DNA of 63,306 nucleotides, filler included, from Aduncisulcus paluster (taxonomy: Eukaryota), in NCBI GenBank assembly GCA_024181965.1. It is 11 parts of 11 records of this genome, joined end to end, with 100 filler letters (N's around TTAATTAATTAA, not from the genome) between each part and the next. Parts side by side here need not be neighbours in the genome. Positions count along the whole stretch, not along the records: positions 19,685 to 43,465 come from BQXS01010241.1; positions 43,566 to 46,906 come from BQXS01010242.1; positions 47,007 to 48,384 come from BQXS01010243.1; positions 48,485 to 49,808 come from BQXS01010244.1; positions 49,909 to 52,157 come from BQXS01010245.1; 6 more parts are not named here. One strand, written 5' to 3'. Position numbers and translations under genes: made by a program. The notes beneath the pieces are model-generated. The model ran no database searches, was not told where the DNA came from, and saw only the letters and a program-made list of their open reading frames with translations. Positions 35,963 to 51,067 of the stretch are shown one piece after another; positions within the stretch are counted from its first letter, which is position 1, and each line of letters opens with the position of its first letter.

Positions 35963-37155
35963 TTCTGTGTTGGGCTGCCCAAGCCACAATTTTTTGAAAT
36001 TCCTGTGAATTCTGCTACCTACTCCACAAATTCCAATTAATATGTCTTAAATCTGCATGAAACCGTATGAATTTGAATTTTTAGATCATAAAAGGAAAAT
36101 TAAGCATTTATTACAAGAAAAAATAGTGACAAATTGTCACCAGTGTCACGGCGTGACAAATCGATTCATCCAAAAGATTCGTATAATGGCATCCTATAAT
36201 TGAGAGTTGTTTGAAAGTGAAATGGATGTTAATGTATCATTCAGAAAGGAAAAAGAAACGAAAATCTAGAATATTTGGGTGTGTTAAATCCGTATCGGTA
36301 TACCCAAAATCATTTCGATTAGGTTCAAAAATGAGCAAATTGATATTATTAAAACAAAAAACGGATTCAATTCGACAAGAAAAAAACGCCAAGATAAGAA
36401 AAGGAGGTATGGTTGGATTGCTCATCCTATGTTGGTATTTTTGTCTGTGGATATCACATGAATCTGGAACATTTCCAAAATATTGGGCGAGAAGATAATG
36501 TGATTCATTATGGCAATAATAATAAGAATCATTCTTTCTCATCCTTTTCTTCAACAACTTCCTTCACGCTTGGCAAACGCGCTCACACTACCTCCAACAC
36601 AAAATTCCATCGGGAAGCCAATATCAGAATCAAGGAGATTAAGAATATCCAGAGGACGTGGGATACGGTTGAAACATCTGGGATTAAATATTAAATAACT
36701 TGAGTTGCACTTTAAACTCTTTGCTAACTCCTTCCAATGTAATGTTAATGGATAGTTCTGACCGGCCTCTTGACTTTTCAAAAAAAATTCTGTGAAACGA
36801 GCTTTCTATGTTTCTAATTTGCTAAATTATAAATAAAAGTTGATATTTAGTTTATATTGATTATATTTGGTCATCAACTATGAGTATATTGGGAAATAAA
36901 ATAAAAATGTGAGTATGTATGATTCCAGCAATAATAGCTCACAATTGAAATTTTTTTCTTTTAAAACTCATCTTTTCCTCTTTAATTTGTCCAAATAGAA
37001 AATGAGGATACACAAAATATTTATGAATGTGCGGGGAATATGTCTTGGACCGAACAGCAATTATTATTTGGTGATTTCGGAGACTATTTTTTTAAGATTT
37101 TTAATAATCAATTAATATATCCCTTCATAACGGAAAATATATTTAGTCTCTTCCG

Positions 37156-40100
37156 ATGCCGAGATTCATACGTTACCTAAAATCCATTAAAGATTTTTCT
37201 GAATTTAAGCAGGAAATCGATAAAAACCCACGCAACATTGAATTTTATGACATTGAAACCACGATTAAAGAGATTAATCGGGATCTAATCACACCAAGAG
37301 ATGTGGACCTATTCTCTCAGTGCATTGACCAAAATTTCGATAAAAAGGGTTTTCCTCAATTGAAAATCTTGAAAATTATTATTTGGAATTATAAATTTGG
37401 TGTTTCTCCCCAAGTGTTTCTCAAGTTATACTCAAGGATCGCTGAAAAAGGGAAAAAAGAAATCAAAAAGGACCTATCAGAGATGTTAAGGAGAGAATAT
37501 GGATCAATTGAGCCTTTATTTTCGAAATATCCTTCTGATTTCATCCCTATTCTCAATTATCTCTGCTTGGATAATTTGTCAACTAGAAAATGGATTATTG
37601 AGGCTAATTTTTCCATGGCTCGTCATTTTATGCCATCCGTTGATCAATTGTCAAGTGAAATTCTCTCCTTACTTCTTGATTTGTTCAGATTCCTTTCATT
37701 CGATGAACCATCAGCAAGCAAAATGTATGAAAATTTGATCTTCAAAAAAAGCACTTCCACTGGGTCTTTTGTGAAAATATTGCATAAATGCGTGATCAGA
37801 AGATCTGCAGAACAAGCTGGCAAAATCCTTCCGAAATATTTCGCTCTTCTCTATCATTTGTCCAATTTTAGAGAATTAAGAGGAGAATTAGAAGCAAATC
37901 GTGATATTTCGGAGTCAATCAAGGACATAGGTCAAAAAGATGATCAACTTCTTATCTTGAAATATAAAGGCAACATTTGTATTCATTCCAAACTTCCCAA
38001 AATTATTTCGGATTTGTCTGGGGTTTCGAAAGAATCCAGACTCGAATGCTACAAAAAAAATAGAATATTATTATTCGATTTGTTTAATTCGCAGTATTTT
38101 TGTAGATCTGCCCGGAACGAATTACCAATATATTCTTATTCCATTCATCTTGAGGATTACACCGAATGCTTGTTATTATTGAGGAAGTTAATTGTATTTA
38201 GTCCACCTTTGTCGTCCCCCAAAGGTGTGAAAGGTTGTTCTTATGCATTTTCTGCCTCTCAAATCAAAGAGATTTTCCTTGATGATTTCATTAAACCCTT
38301 GACTTCGATTGTGAAGGCCATTTGCGAGGAGAAAGAACCAAATCTTTTGGCCTATTCGGAGTCCTTTTTTCGTGAATTCTGCGAGTTTTGTAAGATTTTT
38401 GCTAGATGCGATCAATTTGTTCTCCCTGAACACGTAAAACTCATATTTACTCCATTAGAGTTAATTATGAAGAAAATCAATCTCCGAGAGGTTGGTTCCC
38501 GTGGAAAAAAGGAGAAAGATTCTGACCGGGACCTTATAAAGGTCATTACTGAACTTCTAAATATAATTGTTCGCAAAAGTCAAACACTCAGAAAGCCCCC
38601 AGCTAAAATAATTTCTACAACAAAGGTTTTCCCCTCTTCTTCTTCTTCTTCCACTCTACCTGTGCAGCCTGATGTATCAAAGGAGTATCCACAAGAAGTA
38701 ATAGACTTGATGAAATTATTCTGTTGTAAAGGCAAAATGCACTATGAAACATGGTTGGTGACTAACGATTCGTATAAATTTCTCATGGTATCTCTTGGCA
38801 TTGTTTTGAACCCTATTAATGAGGATTCGAATGAATTGCGAATATTACCGGATGTTTCTTCTTTCCGGGATATTTTCCATCATATCATGAAGTCAGCATT
38901 CATTAAGTCTTTGGAACGGGAGATCAAGTTGAACATGAAAACTGAAATAACCACTTTATCAAAATTATCCATTCTGTTAAAATTTATCCTCTGTTTTGTT
39001 CTTCACTTCCCCACTCAGATTAATGATAGATTTGGTGAACTGTTGGTAAATTTTGTTGTTGAAATTTGTAAAATGGATCCTCATATTTGTTCTGAAAAAA
39101 TGAAAAATGTCAAATTCTTGCTTGATATTTGGTTGCGAATTGCCATCCATCTGACCAAAAAAGAAAAAGATAAATTTCCTTTCTTTTCCTCCTCAAACCT
39201 TTTCCCTTCCAAAAGAATGTTTTTCTTGAGTCGGTGTCATCAGTTTGGTATTTGTAGCGATAGAATTGCAGCATTTATTGGACTTTTTGCTACACACCAA
39301 TTTGAAGGAATCATCAACAAAATCCTGAGTTGCGAATCACAGGAGGAATCCATTTCAATTTTTGAAGGCCACGATGGATTCTTCAAAAAGGATCTCTTGA
39401 AACATGCGTGTGAAGTTTTTTCTTCTTCAGAAGAAGAAGATATTATTATTTCTAGAGAACCAAAACGACATCTTTCTGAATTATCTCAACTGTTTTTGCC
39501 GAATGCTCCAGCTCCTGATCCGTGTTCTCACACACCAATTATCATCTGTTCTCCTGAAGATTCCAAACTTCTTGCCATACAATGCTTATCTTGGCTCATG
39601 GAACACAAACTACCTGATGGAACTGTAGTTAATTTGGGAAGGAAAACTTCTGATTTGATTTATAAATATAATTTCAGATCCATTGAGGAATTTTTAAGAT
39701 CCAAAACAATCAATGCCATGGATTCTATTTTTAGATATGCTATTTTTAGTGAATTTATGAGAAAGTTGGGCTTGAGTCATGATCTTCGATATAACCTTAT
39801 CAAATTGTTATTTCAAAGGCCTTCTCCCCTATTTTACACAAACACAAAAAATCGCGATTTGATTTATTTTGTGGGTATTTTCGATAATTGTGTGCAAACT
39901 TGTAGAAATATCTTCCCCTTTGCTACAAGAGATCACCAATCTGATTTTAATATCTTTAAAAGTTTGGTAAAGCATTTCGATAAATTTCCGATTGAAAGGA
40001 TTTCAAATTCTTTGATAGCGATCATATCATTATATTTGAATGACAGTATCATTCGTGATAGAATTTTTAAGGATGAAAAGATTATCATCAAAATTTGGTC

Positions 40101-43100
40101 AATGTTCGAAAACTTGTCAGAATATCACAAGAAGAGTATATTATCTTTCGAAGCAAAGAAATCTGGAGTGCAATTTATTCCACTTTTCAGCCTGTTAAGC
40201 GATTGTTATTGCGGAAAAACTCCTAATATCGAAAAATCTGAGGAGAAAATGAAAATACTTTATGATGAATCTAATCTGTTCATCAGGGGGTGGTTTGAAG
40301 AACTGAATAAGACTAGAAAAATCCAAAGACGTAAAAAGGAAGAAGAAGAAGAAGAAGAAGAAGAAGAAGAAGAAGAAGAAGAAGAAGAAGAAGAATACAA
40401 GGGGAGAAGAGATGTTGAATTAAATGTTGATAAAATCCTATTATCATTGGGAAAGTTTATTATCAATTTAACATCCATTGTCTCCCCCAAATTTAAGCCT
40501 CCTTTGAAGGAATATGACTCTTTTATGAAACAAATTGCGACAAAGTTCCCTTCTTTTGACTATCTGAAGTTCGCCCAGAATTGTGGATTTTTAGATTGGC
40601 CTGAAATCCTTTTTATGTTTAACCAAATGTCTGTGGAGGAAAGGAATGAATATTTCACAAATCATCGATCTATTTTTGAACAACTTCTAAAAAAAATGCA
40701 CCCGAAGAAAGAACTCTTGGATTGTGTTGAACTGCTTCTCAATGATACTATAATTATGAATAGTCCTGAAAAACAAAGGGTATCTGCTCAAAGAGATAAT
40801 CCTTCTCAAAAAACTAAAAATAGTTTGATAAAACAAATCCTCAAATTATTTTCCGGGAAAATAGTCAAAGTGTTCAAATCATGTGCACTAGAGTATTTTG
40901 AATATTCGCTTAAATTTCTCAATTTCTTGGTTACCGAAATCCCAAGGAAATATTTGAACAAATATTGCTCCAATCTGCTTGTAAAATCCTGGTTAGTTCC
41001 CGATTTTCTAAATCACATTTTCCCTCAACTATTCTCTGGGATTTCAGCTCATAAGAGCTCAACACAACCAACAAAAACCGACATTCCGGCAGCTGAAGTT
41101 TTATTTAATGAGTTCCTTGCTCTATCTTTCTCATTGTCTAAAAATAGCCAAGATATGAAGATGAAAATGTGTTTTGTAGATGTTATCCTAAACAACTGTG
41201 AATGCTTTCCACAGTTAGCAAAAACAATTTCATTATCGATGGAATCATCATCAATATGGATAGATATTCTTGTGAACATTGTTTCTGACACATCAAATTC
41301 CGATATAGTCGAACATTTTATTCCCTTGTGGCGTATTGTTATCTTATTATCTTCATATTTTAACACACACACCTTGTCTAAATCAAAAAAAGAAAGCCCA
41401 TTGAACCAGCAATCAGTCAATCATTGGGTTTCACTCCTTAGTTCCTTATTTTTCTGGGTAAATAACAATTCTGTTGGAGATTCTCCAAATCCGATTGCTA
41501 TTATTTCTTTTCTCAAGGAAAAATCAACCAAAAGAAGATCTGAAATTCTTGGATTTCGAAAATTTGTTGAAGTTTTGAGAAAATATGTTCTTGAAATGGA
41601 TTTCAAGTTTAAGGATGAAGAAGAAGAGGAAAAGGAAGCGAATATCCTCGTTACACAATTCTATACGAGTATTTTGCGAAATATCTTGACTTATCTTGAC
41701 TCTTTTGAGAAGATAGTAGACTCTAAATCAGGATCTGTTTCGGATATTCGATCCATTACACTTGAAGAAAAGTCCCAATTCAAATCTCCATCTGTTTCAA
41801 ATTTTTCATCTTCTCTAATTCCTCCTTCACCTTCCTCATCCCCAAGTTTATCTCTTCCAGAGGCTAAAAAAGAACCTATTATTCCCATTAGACAAACTGA
41901 ATCTAATCCTACGATTAAAACACGAACCAAGAAAACAAGTCGATTACGAGTACTTGAATTAAAAAGGGAAAAATTTAGGATATCTCGAGAAATAACAACA
42001 TCAAAAGCTCTTGAAGAAAGAGTTCTAGTGGAACCTTTGAACCCACAATTCTCTCAAATCGAAGAAAAAGAGGAGGAGGAGAAAGAACAAGAAATCAATT
42101 TCAAATTAAAGAAAGAAGAAGAAGAAGAAGAAGAAGAAGAAGAAGAAGAAGAGAAAGGACAAGAAAAGATTCAAAAAGAAGAAGTGAAACAAGTCAAGGA
42201 TACATCAGACAATCTTTTTGCTCAGTTTGTTGGAATACTTAGAAAATTGATTTCGCTGTTTCCAAGACAATCTTTTCCTCTATTTTGTAAAATGTATCGA
42301 AAATACATTGAAGATTACCAGGAAGCATCGGAGACAACGTCTATTTCTTTTCCGTTTATTGATCAATTGCATCCAGCCTCACCTGTTTGCCATGCTCTGC
42401 ATTGCATCTTCTCCGAAGGTCTTTCTAAGTCCTCTCTTTCAGAGTCCCCTTTGAGCCAGGACACCCGCCATGATGTGAGTGTTATCTGCCGTGACATCTC
42501 TGATGTGATCCTGCGTGATGGTGATAAAACTGGCCAAGTCCCCACCTTGTTCTTTGAGCTGATCCGTCCATATGGTATCGAGTGGATGCAGACATATGGA
42601 GACGATTTGCATGTGTTTAATGCATTTGTCACTGTGTTCTTCTCTCTTGTGTCATGCACAAACATTGATCGTCCTTCGTGTTATTCATATTGCTCTCAAG
42701 CCATTCCCTGCATCATCAAGCATCTGAATAAGGTTCATTTCCCCACCGATTCACTTCGGATGAACTGTGATCCAGACTTCCAACAATGCATGATCGAGGT
42801 CATTGAGTTCTTTAGCAAGCTCTGTCTGCATAATACTTCCAACTCACTCGTCATATACGATGGTCTTGGAAATATCCTCAACGAGTGGATCAAAGCCATT
42901 GTCCACCGGACATTGAAACAGTACAGCAGTATGAAGAGTGCCCGTGATGGGTCTGTGAGCAGTACTTCCACTTTCACCTGTGATCCCTCGATCGTTGTGC
43001 GTTGTGTCTGTGTATGGATGAATCTTGTGATCAACATGTCTCATTGTGACGATATACGTAATAGATTTGAGAAGTCTCTCTCCAAAAATGCCACGATCCC

Positions 43101-43465
43101 CCAAGATACATATGGTTATGACATGTTTTGTTCATCCAAGGCTGAGGAACAAACACAGTATGTTCTTGAGAAAGTCCCTGCTGAATGCAAGAATGGGTAT
43201 TTCCGTGTCTTCCATTCCTCTAGTCGCTATGCTACTAATAGTTGGTCAGAGGACATCAAATTGATTCAATCCATCCAGAGTCTAACAGACCTCAACGAGT
43301 TCTATTCTAAGCGTATAGCTGTTCATTGTAAAGATCTTTTTGCAATCCCGTCATCTTCTTGCTCCTCAAGTTCAGGCCCAGTTTCTTCTATTCCTCGAGC
43401 GGATGATGCAAAAAGAGATACTGATCTCAAGACATTCTGTCAGGTCATCACATGTGTCATTGACA
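37156..43465 (+). CDS. Large hypothetical alpha-helical (HEAT/ARM-like) protein, partial at the 3' end, with poly-Glu tracts
   Basis: >2,100-codon open frame with amphipathic helical pattern; no recognisable catalytic motif. Confidence 0.7.
40339..40395 (+). repeat. (GAA)19 coding microsatellite (poly-Glu); a second (GAA)12 lies at 42115-42150
   Basis: Direct reading. Confidence 0.95.
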
Positions 43466-43565
43466 NNNNNNNNNNNNNNNNNNNNNNNNNNNNNNNNNNN
43501 NNNNNNNNNTTAATTAATTAANNNNNNNNNNNNNNNNNNNNNNNNNNNNNNNNNNNNNNNNNNNN

Positions 43566-46391
43566 GAATGAAGGACAATTGTTCGCACAAGATACGTCTG
43601 TTCCCATATCAGAAGAAGAAGATACATCCTTACTCACACGAACTTCCTTCTCGGTTTCTTCTTCCTCTTCTTTCTCAACAAGAGCGGATTCTTCCTCCTT
43701 GGCATGTTCAACCTCCTTCACTGACATCACACCACTCTTTAATGATTCGACATCTCTAAGCATCTGCTGCTTACACTCATCCTCACTGACATAACTCAGC
43801 ATCTCTTCACGGGATACACACTCATGAATAGCAACAGACTGATCATAACGAATCCCATAACAGACACATTCAAGGATCATGCCACCAACACACACCCAGA
43901 GTGGGATGCCACCCATCTTGTTCAGGTCAGACAGAGAAATAGGTGAGAACGATGTGGAACGTAGGCTGTCTGGACACTGTGATGTTCCATACACAAGTTT
44001 GTAATGCTTACGATGATATTTTCTGACATAGGTGATGTGGGTGGGTTGGACAGAAGATTCGGAAAGCAAGGTTGTCTTAAGAGTAACCTTTTCATATCCA
44101 TTTTGCCACGTTTCAGTGGAAAGCAGTGGAAATAAGACAGGAGGAAGTGTATATATAGCGACATTGAAGTCCTCTTGGTTATATACAAGTGGGGTGGAAG
44201 AGGTCTTGAGAAGTGATGATCGATCGATTAATGTGGCTCTAAGGATGTTGGTCGTTTGATTGAGACCAATGGAGAAGAATGTATCCTTGGGAAGAAGTGG
44301 ATGGAAACCTCCAGACCTACTCGTGGATCGCAGTGCTCGATTGATGGCACATATCTGCTTCATCTCAACAAGGGATACATGCTTGCACCCAGCGTGTCCA
44401 TGGACCAGATCCACTTCACCGTCATCAGAGACACCTCCTTCCTTCGAACAGCCACGATCAATAGCATATGAGTGAGGAAGGGCTCCATGGACAAGATATC
44501 CTTCCTTCCCAACAGATCCGATAGGAAGGAAGTGATCCTGTAAGAGCATCCAGTTCGACAAGTCAAAGGTTGTGTTTATACGTTTATCATCTTTAGCACT
44601 GGAAAATAAGCCATCAGACGGACGTTGGCAGCCAGCTTTCCAGACTATCTCACGTAACACAAGGGGAACAAACTGAATACTCATATCCCATCCATCAGAT
44701 GGAACAATGTCTCCAATACGGAGTTTCTCAACTTCAATGGGTGTCTTATGGAGGGAATCTTTAGCAATGACATCTTTCATGTCATCTTCAGGGAGCAACA
44801 CTCGACATTTGGGGGATTCAATTGAATGTGAAAACATATACAAACGGTCTCGATATCCATATCCAATATCAACATGACACGAGGGAACATGGGCAAGGGG
44901 TTCTCCACTGATCGATATGAGGGAGGTTCCATGAAATTGTTTGATACTTGGAAGCGCCTTAAAAGCACTAAAAGCATTTCCAAGAGATCTTCCAGATGTT
45001 GATCCAGTTGAATCTTGGGGTATGCTAACATCTTTCACACGACATTCAAGCTCAAAGAGTTCCTTCCACTGGGGATTCTTCATTAGATCGGCAACATACA
45101 CTTTGCTATCTGATGATCCAAAAGATCCAAAAGATCCAAAACCAGGACCAGAAATTTTGTGTGAAGCAGGATCAATAGTTCCATCTTTGACTCCAATGAG
45201 AATTTTCATCATATTAGCATATTGGTTATGTTGCACACCATGTTTGGTCAAAACAGCATTTGTATCAACTTTCCACGAAACACATATGATTGGACCTTGG
45301 GCAAGATCCCATCCACGAACAATACAACATTTTGAGATGGAGATATCAGATTTGTCAGCTTTTGTGGAGAAGGAAGAAGATGAAGAAGATCCAAAGGTAG
45401 ATCTGGATTGATTGAACGCACTTCCTCCTCCAAACCCAGATCTAGGTTGAGCGAATGGTTTTGGTGCAACAATCCCAGGAAATCCAATTGCTGTTCCCAA
45501 TTCTAATCGTTTCTTTACACATGCCTCATATTCACTCAACAGATCATCCTTGAAGGACTCAAGCCCTTGGATCCATGGGGGAAGCTTTTTGGGGGAGATA
45601 GGAACAAGTTCATAACATTTCCGAACAATATTAAAGTTCACTTCAAGACACTTGCCTGAGCTTGTCAACAAGAAATCCCTGTGCTTTGAGGACACGACAT
45701 ATGGGATTGTCGTCAACAATGAACCGAAAGTGTTCCCATACATGGACATGACAGGAAGACGGATGGAAGGAGCAGAGGATACACTCGAGGAATCCATCTT
45801 CTCACCTGTCTCCTCCTCTTCATCTTTCTTTGATACTCCCTTCAATCCACTCACATGGGGTGACATATGAGCAGACGGTTTTACATCTTCCCATAAAGGT
45901 TGGAATGGTTCACAAGATCCATACTTTCGAGCACAGATAAGCACATTATTCCCATCTTTCACCATGGATGGAGGGAAAAGTGACACAACGTATTCCTTCT
46001 TGCCACAATGGAGATAGAAACTGTCAATATTAGACTCATTTCCGAGAAAAAACTTTCTTGCTCCAGTAAAAATATCTAAGTTTTTACCAAAGGAAAAGAT
46101 ATGCTGCGTATAATCAAGTCTAATACCTCTTGTAGCTCCAAAGGGTCCATCTCGTCTAAGAAGCGGCTCTCCTTTGGAAGAAATCGTAAAGTGCGAAAAT
46201 AGGATGGAATAAGCTTGTTCATCGATTAAAGGACAAATATCAAAATCTTGTTTCCCATCCAAATCATGTTTTAACTTGAAATGCAAGATTCCACTCACAA
46301 ATCCATCGTTTGTTCTTGCGAGTTTTCCACATAATTTCATGTGATCTAGATCACCATGATAACATTTTATATCTGGAATATTAATATCCAT
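43566..46391 (-). CDS. Hypothetical protein (>940 aa, partial at the 3' end) with short F/G/S-rich low-complexity inserts
   Basis: Long ORF from ATG 46391 to the contig end; no family recognised. Confidence 0.7.
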
Positions 46392-47006
46392 CGCTTGGTC
46401 AGGACAAAAATTTCGTGGGATGCTGCAAAATAATCACTTTTCACATTTCGTGGCAATATTCGACGTTTTGGTTGATCTGAATCAGATTTCAATATTTCCC
46501 TTGAACCAACATAATTATTCATAAAGATTTATCACTATCCACATGTAGTATATTGGTTGTTTAATGCTCTATTATGTTTATTTTGCAAGCGATTCATTCG
46601 ACGATCGTTTTCAAGTGCTTGGGGTGCATGGAACATACAAATACCTCCTTTCTCTCTCTCTTCATGTTCATTTTCTCTATTACAAACAAACATCGTTGTC
46701 ATGTGTATGAAGTGTCCAATAATCACAAGCTTGACATTTGCAAGCTCTCGATATAACAGATGGATTGTTTGTGTAAAGATGGATATTAAATGATTTATTT
46801 AAGTCCTTGCTCCCCACAAAACTCCCACATACCCATAAATTCCTGGAAATACTGAGATCAAATTCTTCGATATCTCCAAAAAATGCTTCTCGAGTACGAT
46901 TCATTGNNNNNNNNNNNNNNNNNNNNNNNNNNNNNNNNNNNNNNNNNNNNTTAATTAATTAANNNNNNNNNNNNNNNNNNNNNNNNNNNNNNNNNNNNNN
47001 NNNNNN

Positions 47007-48384
47007 CACCGATATTCTCACCAAGACAAAGTTTCTCAAGACAAAGTCAAACGCAAGACTCAAAAGAGAGATGAAAAGGGAGCATATTCAAAACACAAAC
47101 AACATAGCAGAGGTCATGATCATGAATATTACAGATCGGAATATATCTTTCCAACGCCAAAAGATGAAGAGAGAGAGGAGAGATCAGAAAAAACAGATTT
47201 AAGGTCGAGTTTATCTAAAAATAGAACAATTGAGAAGAAACCTGAACAAATTATTGCCAGTTATGACGATGTGTATGATGTTCTCGGACAAGGAATCTAT
47301 CGTGAAGATGCAATAAGTCAGCTTTTATCCTCTCGCCAAACCTCTTCAAAGATTCGATTTCCCCCTGCTCCAACTTCTTCTTCTTCTTCTTCAAATAATT
47401 ATAATAATTCTCATTTAAATTCTAAAAATAGCAAAAATATTTCATCAAAACAATCGACTCATATTCCCTCCAGCTCAATCAGTTCCGCTAAGCTTCGTTC
47501 AAAGTACTATAAAAGCAAGAAAAAAGATGACAGGGAGTTTATGACTGGGCCAGACTGTTCACACAACCCTGGAGACACGATTTACTCTCGTTATATACCT
47601 AATCTTGTGGATAGAAAGGAATATTCTCAGCCATCAAAACAATATCACTTAAAATACCCTCCAATCAGGCATTCTGACACTCCTGATACTTCAGAGACTA
47701 CATCTATTTTTAGTGACAAGGAAGAAATTGAGAAAGAAGAAGAATCGCTACTCGATCAAGAATATGACCAGATTACCGGAATAACAGCCTTACATCCACA
47801 AAATACAGGATTATCAGGTAATCAAACAGCACTTTCTCAAGATCAAACAACACTTTCTCAAGATCAAACTTCTACATCTTCTTCTTCTTCTTCTTCTGTT
47901 ATTCCACCAAACAAAGGACAACAAGATGATACAGCAACTTTCTCAGATCCTGTTGATATCGATTCTATTTTTAGACATCAATCCCTTCATCAACAGAAAA
48001 TTGATGATATTCAAACCCTTTATCGAATTGTCAAAAAAATTATGCAAAAAGAACAAAAGAAAGATGATGAAAAAAGGAGATTAGCCTCTTCCAGAAATCA
48101 TCACCATAAAAGAAAACATTCATCTTCGCGGTCAACAAAAGTCAAAAAAGAACAGAAACTACTTGATCCAGAAGTGCGCGAAAGAAAGCGATTGGAACAA
48201 TCTATTTTTAGAGAATCAACCTGTCCCGATCCTTCTCAAGTGATGAAATCCACCATGATATTTAATCCTAAGGCAACTAAGCAGATTGCCGGAAAACGAT
48301 CTTCCTCAAGAGGCCCTGTAGGCAATGGAAATAGTTGTAGAGATTCTCAAGATCTATTTTTAGCGCAATCTGTATTTGAGAAAG
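47007..48384 (+). CDS. Internal fragment of a Ser/Lys-rich low-complexity protein (open across the whole contig)
   Basis: Frame is open from 47007 (HRYSHQDK...) through the ORF-track ORF at 47271 to the spacer. Confidence 0.7.
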
Positions 48385-49908
48385 NNNNNNNNNNNNNNNN
48401 NNNNNNNNNNNNNNNNNNNNNNNNNNNNTTAATTAATTAANNNNNNNNNNNNNNNNNNNNNNNNNNNNNNNNNNNNNNNNNNNNAGACGACATTCATGCA
48501 ACATCGGAGATCATTCGTGTTCTTTAATCGCATGCCCCTTGGATGGTGGTATATATGCACCACAAAGAACGAGGAGGTGTACTACATGCTTGCTCATGAC
48601 GACATTGACGATTGTATCATTGTCACAGGGGACTTTGATGAGTGTCCATGTGTCCCAACTTGTTATGATGATGCTTCAAGGCTTGATGATGGCACAGTGT
48701 ATTGTATCTCACAGGTATAAACGGTTTAATGTCGCTATTTAAAGTGCCAATTTAAGTTTAGGTTATATTTGGATGTAATTTGCTATTTTTTTGCTTGTTT
48801 ATTTCGAAATTTCTCCATACTTTTTTTTTATCTTTCCTCCCCTCTACTCTCTTGTGAATCTTCAATTAAAATGTGTTATTGTACCAGTCGAAAAGATTGA
48901 ATATTTTCCCAATCCTGATCCTGATCCTGCCTTCTTGTTTGATAAAGACCAGCTTGATTCTGTCCAAATTATGTGTGAAAATCGAGCGATAACTAATTAA
49001 CATTATTTTTATCCATTTTATTACACTTTTTTTCTCATTAAATCCACTTTATCCGTCTTTTTGAGAAGAAATATTTTTGTGAATTCTAAAAATAGAATTT
49101 CTAAAAATAGAAACAACATGTTTTATTTCGTGTCTATATTGACGGAATGACAATTTATTTCCCTGAATTATCCTCTTTTTATTCATTTTTGTTTGTTAGT
49201 TTGTGTTAGTGTATTAATTTTCGATTATCTTCCTGTTTATTTCTGTACCATTGTCGGAATATGCTATGTTTCATGGCAACAACATTGATTCTAACACCTC
49301 ACGTGATATTCTTCTCTTATATAGCAGCCTAAATAAATGAGTTCTCTGAATCCGTTACAGATGTCTGGTAATGTTCTGAGATGAATTGGTTGGTCTCAAA
49401 CTTAATTAGATCTACGCAAATTGTTTGATTTCAAATTTGTAAAATTCTTGTTTATTATAGATTCTAAATTGTTAGCAGGACTGATATTACAATGGTTTAT
49501 TTTATTATTTTATTTTAGGATTATAATTATATTAATTTTTATATTAATATAATTCGAATTAATTATTGTCGCCACCTTGCAGAGATTAATACTTTTTTGA
49601 CTTCCATTTCTGGGAGATCCAAAAATTATTGTAAAGAGATTTTGCGCTTTTATTTTAATAAATTTGTTCACGGACATAAATCCCAGATAAACTAACAATA
49701 ACGTTATTGCTAAAATACAATGCCAGCAACTACTAGTAGTACTACGTCTTCTTCGGAAAGCACTGTGGCGCATGTTGATATTCCTTGTTTGAAAAGTTAT
49801 TCTATGGANNNNNNNNNNNNNNNNNNNNNNNNNNNNNNNNNNNNNNNNNNNNTTAATTAATTAANNNNNNNNNNNNNNNNNNNNNNNNNNNNNNNNNNNN
49901 NNNNNNNN

Positions 49909-50692
49909 CCAACTCTTCAGGGGGGGGCGCTGATGAATGACAGAATAATTCAAGGCAAATATATTCAATGTCAAAGGGATGGGAAAAGGGAATTGATAAA
50001 GAACAAAAATTAAAATATAAATTTTTCCTAAATATGTCTCTTATCGCCGCTTTATCCCAAACATGAACCTCAGGAAATACTCCAGATATCTCTGATAATT
50101 TGAATTCAGAAATGGGAATAATGCGGGAATCGGCTGGAAGTAAACATCTTGAAGCACCAATAACACTTTGCAAACGGCGTTTTTGTCTAATTTTTTCAGC
50201 CTTTTGAAAAGGTAAGGCCTCGGTATCACTTCGAAAAACTCTAATAGAATGAAAAGCAGTCCAATCATCAGAAGATGACCATGATTCCTTGGCAATAAAG
50301 CCTATAGCAATGATATTGTCCTTTTCAATCGGAATTTGGAACCAACCCATTTTATACTGGAGTTGAGAAAAAGAAATAAGCATTTGTATTGTATCGGAAT
50401 CAGATAATTTAAGAACAAGCTCAATAACTTTCGGTTGGGATATTTCATTGGATAAGCATACCTGGATCCCTTTTAACGAATGTGGAACGGGAAACTTGAA
50501 CGAAAGTTTTTGGAAAGACACAGGAGCTGAATCAAGGAGGAAAAAGTCAATATTTTCAGAGGATATTTCTCCAAATTTATCAGTCATTTTAACAGAAGAA
50601 TCGGCTATATCAATTATTTTTGGGTCTTTTCTCCGTATACCATGTCCAAGAGGTCCTGCTCGATATAAATATTTAGATTCAATATTATCCAT
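49909..50692 (-). CDS. Hypothetical protein with tandem beta-sandwich-like modules, partial
   Basis: Repeated pattern LSFKFPVPHSLKGIQVCL / LSIPFSHPFDIEYICLEL, with GWFQIPIEKDNII..FHSIRVF resembling FWQEFPIDLDNVI..LYGIRFV of the 54.5-kb family. Confidence 0.6.
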
Positions 50693-51067
50693 GTTAATTG
50701 CTTTTTAATAATTTATCTAACAAAAATATGGATAAGGAAACCATCGGATTATGTTGTATTATCAGGAAAATTAAAGTTTCTTCTCTACATCCACAAATAT
50801 ACAGTATCATATCTAATTAACGTTAAAGTTCGGATCATTGTCGACTTTTACCAATATTAAATATTATAATTCTTTGATTAAACGCTTAAATTAACCACAA
50901 TGAAAAAATAATACTTGGAGGTTCGACATTTCCAGGATCGAAGTTATATAATTTTCAAAATAAGTTTTCATTAGGATTTATTTAATATCACTGGGTATAT
51001 ATCTCGAATAACCTACATTGTATCCCTCAAGAAATGTGCTCGTCGTTTTGATTAAATAACTAATTTT

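Noticed and set aside
36211-36781. Cluster of short ORFs between cathepsin B and the large ORF
   Set aside because: No recognisable motifs or consistent frame; cannot support a gene or transposase call
45100-45480. FG-like motifs (GFGSFGSFG, STFG, GFGG) suggesting a nucleoporin
   Set aside because: Too few, and embedded in an otherwise globular-looking protein
48485-49808. Short Cys-rich ORF end and a TM-containing minus-strand fragment at the contig edges
   Set aside because: Reading frame ambiguous and fragments too short to assign
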